A DNA stretch of 64,000 bases from an uncultured bacterium (GTDB taxonomy: Bacteria; Armatimonadota; Abditibacteriia; Abditibacteriales; Abditibacteriaceae), in NCBI GenBank assembly GCA_963843795.1, contig CAWJLW010000010.1:62001-126000 (forward strand), given 5' to 3'. Position 1 is the first letter of the stretch. The number at the start of each line of letters is the position of its first letter. The translations under genes were made by a program, and so were the position numbers. The notes beneath the pieces are model-generated. The model did not search any database and had not been told where the DNA came from. It saw only the letters and a program-made list of their open reading frames with translations. Below, in pieces: positions 60,315-64,000 of the stretch.

Positions 60315-61664
60315 ATGCGTTTGCGATTGCAAAACCAGTTTGAAGCCTTGCGCACCTCGTATTTTCTGCTGCCCATGTTGCTGGCCTTGAGCGGCATCGG
60401 CGCGGGATATGGCGCGGTCGCGCTGGATCAATATGTTGAAAACGCCAAGCTCACCGGCTGGTGGTGGATTTATTCGGGCGGCGCCGATGGTGCATCAACG
60501 GTTTTATCGACGATGGCCGGTTCGATCATGACTGTCGCAGGCATCGCTTATTCGATTACTATCGCCGCTTTGGTTCTGGCCTCGACACAATTTGGGCCGC
60601 GCCTCTTGCGCAATTTTATGCGCGATACGGTCAATCAAGTCGTGCTGGGCGCGTTTGTCGGCACCTTTTTATATTGCATTCTGGTGTTGCGCACCGTGCG
60701 CAACGAGCCGGACGGCGGAATGCTGGTGCCGCATCTCGCAGTTTCCATCGCCATCATTTTGACAATTAGCTGCTTGCTCCTCTTAATCTATTTTTTCCAC
60801 CACGTCGCCAGCTCGATTCAAGCGACCGCGATTATCGCTGATGTTGCGCGCGAATTGCACCATACCATCGACCGTTTGTTCCCTTATCACGTCGGTCATA
60901 ACGCGCCCCAGGATCAAAGCGAACCGGCGCTGCCGAACGATTTTCAAGAGCGCGCTATCGCAGTCCGCGCGCACAAATATGGCTATGTGCAAGCGATCAA
61001 CCTCAATCGCTTGTTCACGTTAGCGATGCGCGACAACTGCATTATCAAGTTGGGTTTTCGGCCCGGCGATTTCGTGACGCAGGAAGAGCCGTTGCTGTGG
61101 GTTTACCCCCATTCCACCACGCCGCAGGCGCTGCAAGTACTTGCAGATCACAGTGACAAATTACGCCGCGCTTTTATCATTGGCGAAGGTCGCACACCGG
61201 TTCAGGACGTGGAATTTGGCGTCAATCAGTTGGTGGAAGTGGCGTGTCGCGCGCTGTCGCCCGGCATTAACGACCCTTTTACGGCGATAGCTTGCTTAGA
61301 TCATTTGGGTTCGGCGCTCACACATTTGGCGCAAGTTCCACTGCCCGATGCGTATCGCTATGACGATAGCGGGCAATTGCGCCTCGTGACCGAGCGCATC
61401 AATTTCGCGGGCCTTGCCGATGCCGCTTTCAACATGATTCGCCAATACGGGCGCGACAGTGCCGCGGTGACGATTCGGCTGCTGGAAACCCTGACGCGCA
61501 TCGCTCCGCACGCGCACAACGACGAAGTGCGTCGCGCTTTACTTGAACACGGCGAAATGGTGCAGCGCGATTGCCGCGCTGAATTACCGGATGCCAACGA
61601 CCGTTCGGATGTGAAGGAGCGTTTTGATTTGCTCAAAGCGGCTTTGCAACTTTCGTGCAATTGA
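60315..61664 (+). CDS. DUF2254 membrane protein
   Basis: ASTQFGPRLLRNF, GYVQ, RT..QD, RALSPGINDPFTA. Confidence 0.9.
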   Translation: MRLRLQNQFEALRTSYFLLPMLLALSGIGAGYGAVALDQYVENAKLTGWWWIYSGGADGASTVLSTMAGSIMTVAGIAYSITIAALVLASTQFGPRLLRNFMRDTVNQVVLGAFVGTFLYCILVLRTVRNEPDGGMLVPHLAVSIAIILTISCLLLLIYFFHHVASSIQATAIIADVARELHHTIDRLFPYHVGHNAPQDQSEPALPNDFQERAIAVRAHKYGYVQAINLNRLFTLAMRDNCIIKLGFRPGDFVTQEEPLLWVYPHSTTPQALQVLADHSDKLRRAFIIGEGRTPVQDVEFGVNQLVEVACRALSPGINDPFTAIACLDHLGSALTHLAQVPLPDAYRYDDSGQLRLVTERINFAGLADAAFNMIRQYGRDSAAVTIRLLETLTRIAPHAHNDEVRRALLEHGEMVQRDCRAELPDANDRSDVKERFDLLKAALQLSCN

Positions 61665-61680
61665 TTTTTAGCGCTTCACG

Positions 61681-64000
61681 TCAATGAACCTCAACGTGAT
61701 AATTGCGCCCTTCCCAACTTTGGCTTTCAGGATAGAAAAACGTCCATTGCAACGCGCCGTTTTGCGGCGTTTCGATATCGCACCAATGCAAACCGAGGCC
61801 GCTGTCTTGCGATTGCCTATTTTGTGTACTTTGCCAGCTGTCATTTGTCCAATGCAGCGAAAACGCGCGGCCCAAAATGATGCGGCAAGTACCTGCTGGC
61901 GGCATTGTTTGCGGTTGACGATTCATTTTCCACACTTCGCCCGCAAACAAATCGCTTTTGCGTTCGACGTAGCGCGCACTCACTTCCGCGATAGTATCGA
62001 AAGTTTGGCCATCACGAATCGAGCGCAATAACTTGACGTATTCGGCGTGCGCCCACACCAAAGGTTGCGCCGAACCGGTCGGGCCGCCATTTTTCATATG
62101 CTTTTCGGGAATGTCTGGCGCGTCCCATACTTGTTCGGGTAGCAAGCCCATTTTCGAGGCTTGCATTTCCAGTGCGTTGCGCAAGCTTTCGAAATCGCCG
62201 CCGCACGACAATTCATAGTGCGCGCGCTCACCTACCAGCAACGGCCACGCGCGTCCAACTCCCCATTGCTCGAAAGCGCTGCCGTCATCGCGCTGGCCAT
62301 AGCCGTCGTTGTTGTAACGCAGCCAACACGCACCGCGCTCGGTTTCTACCTTGAGAGCTTTATCCAGCGCAGGAATCGTGGCTCTGATAATCTCATCATC
62401 AGGCGCGCGCAAACCAAAGCGCACCAGATGCAAACAGCCACCATCAACGATGTCGCGGGCGGGAAATTGGTGCTGCAAATCGGGCGCGCGGTTGGCGATT
62501 GTCAGCATCGCTTCGTCCAAATTTTCCTGCGCCTGAGCGTCGTGCAAATCAATCGGATTGAGGCGCGCGTAAATGCGTTGTTCGCTCCAGCAACTTTGCG
62601 TCGTGGTGAGCCAGGTTTCCAATTTCGATTCCAGCCAATCGGCGTAACTTAAAATGAAATCGGCACGATTTGTTTCGTTGCGTTCGCGCGCAAAATCGGC
62701 GGCGACCACTAACGCGGCGATGTTGGCGGCCAAAGTTGAGGGCGAATAGCCGCCATTTTCTTCCCAGCGCTCTTGCTGCGTAGCTGGCCCACGCTCGATG
62801 ATATAAGTCGCGCCACGAATCACCATTTGATACGGATCAAAAGTGCGCAGCGCATTTTCGCGCTTGAGATAATAAGCCAACAAAAGCGGAAACGAGGCTT
62901 CGTCAAGCTGAATCCCGTGCCAGTGCGGAGTGGCATTGACCCAAAAATTTTGCGGAAAGCCGCCATCGGGCTGCTGGCTGGCGGCCAGATAAACCAGCGC
63001 GCGCAGCGGCGTTTCGTCATCGCCCGCCGCCAAAAGCGCTGTCGCGGAATTCACCATGTCGCGAGGCCATACCAGATGATAACCGTCGACTTCCACGGCA
63101 TTTTTCACTTCGCCCCAGGGAATCGACAAACTGGCGATAAAGGCGCCGGGAAAAGTTTTGTCCTCGTGCGACAACAGCACATCGATGCTCGAACGATACA
63201 AGCAGCCCTCATCACCCGCGTGTTCGCTCAAAGGCAAAGTTTTGTGACAAGTGCGCTCCCACTGCTTGATGAACCGCTCTTGCTGAGCTTTAAAATCCAA
63301 GTCTAGCGATTGAAAAACTGTGGTCGCAGCGCCGTGAAAATTATCACCAAAGCCCAGCGCGACCACCCATTCGCGGCACACGCGACCATCATCCAAAATC
63401 GTGCGCTGCGCCTGCGACAAATCAATTTGTGCTGTCAGGGCGACATTGCCATCGGGCGCGTAATCGAACTCCCAATCCATCTGAAAATGATGATACAAAT
63501 CTGTCCAGCCGTCAGACTGCGCGACGTAGCCAGCAGAAAGTTTAAGAAACGGTACATCGGCCAAAATCGCCAGCCAAGTATTGCAGCGCTCGGCAATCAG
63601 TAAACGCTTACCGGCCACTTCGACCACGCGCGCCGTGTTGCCAAAGCCCGACACTTCCAGATGCGGCGCAGCCAAAACGTAAACGTTCAATTTGCTTTCC
63701 CAATCGGGCGCGCAAATCAGACGCATACGCTGCAAAACGCACGGCAAATGTGGATCGCAAATGAATTCCTTATGGATTTCGTAGCGGTTTTCGTGATCGG
63801 TGTTAACAATTCCAAAAGCTGGCGCATCGGGCGCCAAACGCTGGATTTCGGAATGCAAGTGACGCTTTTCTTCGTGAAAAAAGGTTTCGCCATCAGAAAT
63901 CAGAAATTGCAAATCGCGAATTTGCGGACGATCGATAGTTGGATAATAAACTTCGGTGATAACGCCGTTCCACAGCGTAAACCAAACGCGCGAAGCCGTC
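61681..64000 (-). CDS. Glucoamylase/glucodextranase, GH15 (5' end outside the window)
   Basis: Reading frame continues past 63912 to the window edge (VWFTLWNGVITEVYYP); IASLSIPWG, GYHLVWPRD, QERWEE, RYNNDGYG, LPEQVWD, PLVWAHAEY. Confidence 0.93.
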   Translation of the reverse strand, partial: TASRVWFTLWNGVITEVYYPTIDRPQIRDLQFLISDGETFFHEEKRHLHSEIQRLAPDAPAFGIVNTDHENRYEIHKEFICDPHLPCVLQRMRLICAPDWESKLNVYVLAAPHLEVSGFGNTARVVEVAGKRLLIAERCNTWLAILADVPFLKLSAGYVAQSDGWTDLYHHFQMDWEFDYAPDGNVALTAQIDLSQAQRTILDDGRVCREWVVALGFGDNFHGAATTVFQSLDLDFKAQQERFIKQWERTCHKTLPLSEHAGDEGCLYRSSIDVLLSHEDKTFPGAFIASLSIPWGEVKNAVEVDGYHLVWPRDMVNSATALLAAGDDETPLRALVYLAASQQPDGGFPQNFWVNATPHWHGIQLDEASFPLLLAYYLKRENALRTFDPYQMVIRGATYIIERGPATQQERWEENGGYSPSTLAANIAALVVAADFARERNETNRADFILSYADWLESKLETWLTTTQSCWSEQRIYARLNPIDLHDAQAQENLDEAMLTIANRAPDLQHQFPARDIVDGGCLHLVRFGLRAPDDEIIRATIPALDKALKVETERGACWLRYNNDGYGQRDDGSAFEQWGVGRAWPLLVGERAHYELSCGGDFESLRNALEMQASKMGLLPEQVWDAPDIPEKHMKNGGPTGSAQPLVWAHAEYVKLLRSIRDGQTFDTIAEVSARYVERKSDLFAGEVWKMNRQPQTMPPAGTCRIILGRAFSLHWTNDSWQSTQNRQSQDSGLGLHWCDIETPQNGALQWTFFYPESQSWEGRNYHVEVH

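Larger units (their letters stand above)
1435..61144. repeat. Dispersed highly iterated palindrome GCAAGTACTTGC (about 43 exact copies)
   Basis: Approximate starts: 1435, 2495, 3594, 5772, 6989, 9651, 9749, 11976, 13185, 13517, 15048, 15954, 16083, 18482, 19497, 20522, 21698, 22971, 23562, 24668, 25926, 27217, 27957, 29214, 30858, 33023, 35080, 37960, 41204, 42460, 44448, 47246, 47325, 49990, 51182, 51706, 54117, 55645, 58723, 59192, 59316, 60291, 61133. Confidence 0.97.

Noticed and set aside
1435..61144. Palindrome copies as a CRISPR array
   Set aside because: Copies are dispersed at irregular kb-scale distances with genes between them; no regular spacers and no cas genes.
1435..61144. Palindrome as a classical REP/MITE family
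   Set aside because: Only 12-18 bp are shared and the arms are unrelated; no GTAG-type foot, terminal inverted repeats or RAYT/transposase gene in the window. An enzyme elsewhere is not excluded.

Overview
Bacterial chromosomal window with about 50 genes and no rRNA, tRNA, CRISPR array, transposase or integrase that I could recognise. The DUF1559/H-X9-DG prepilin proteins and planctomycete-type cytochrome/DUF modules suggest Abditibacteriota/Armatimonadota (inference only). Content: dnaG, alr-cdaA-cdaR, tatA, kptA, a frameshifted relA/spoT, polyamine genes (speD-like, deoxyhypusine-synthase-like, speB), a wzm/wzt/rfbF/rfbH/glycosyltransferase polysaccharide locus, thiol-redox genes, a secreted metalloprotease, GH42-like and GH15 hydrolases. 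The outstanding feature is a perfect 12-bp palindrome, GCAAGTACTTGC (often TGCAAGTACTTGCA). I count about 43 exact copies by eye plus about 8 variants. It sits in most intergenic spacers, often as the centre of longer locus-specific hairpins up to 48 bp, occurs in-frame in at least 9 proteins, and brackets two apparently inserted cassettes. One of these cassettes has a 23-bp direct repeat at its ends and carries a G10 tract at the start of a possible beta-pore-forming-like protein. Several single-base indels suggest a noisy long-read assembly, so frameshift calls need read-level checking.
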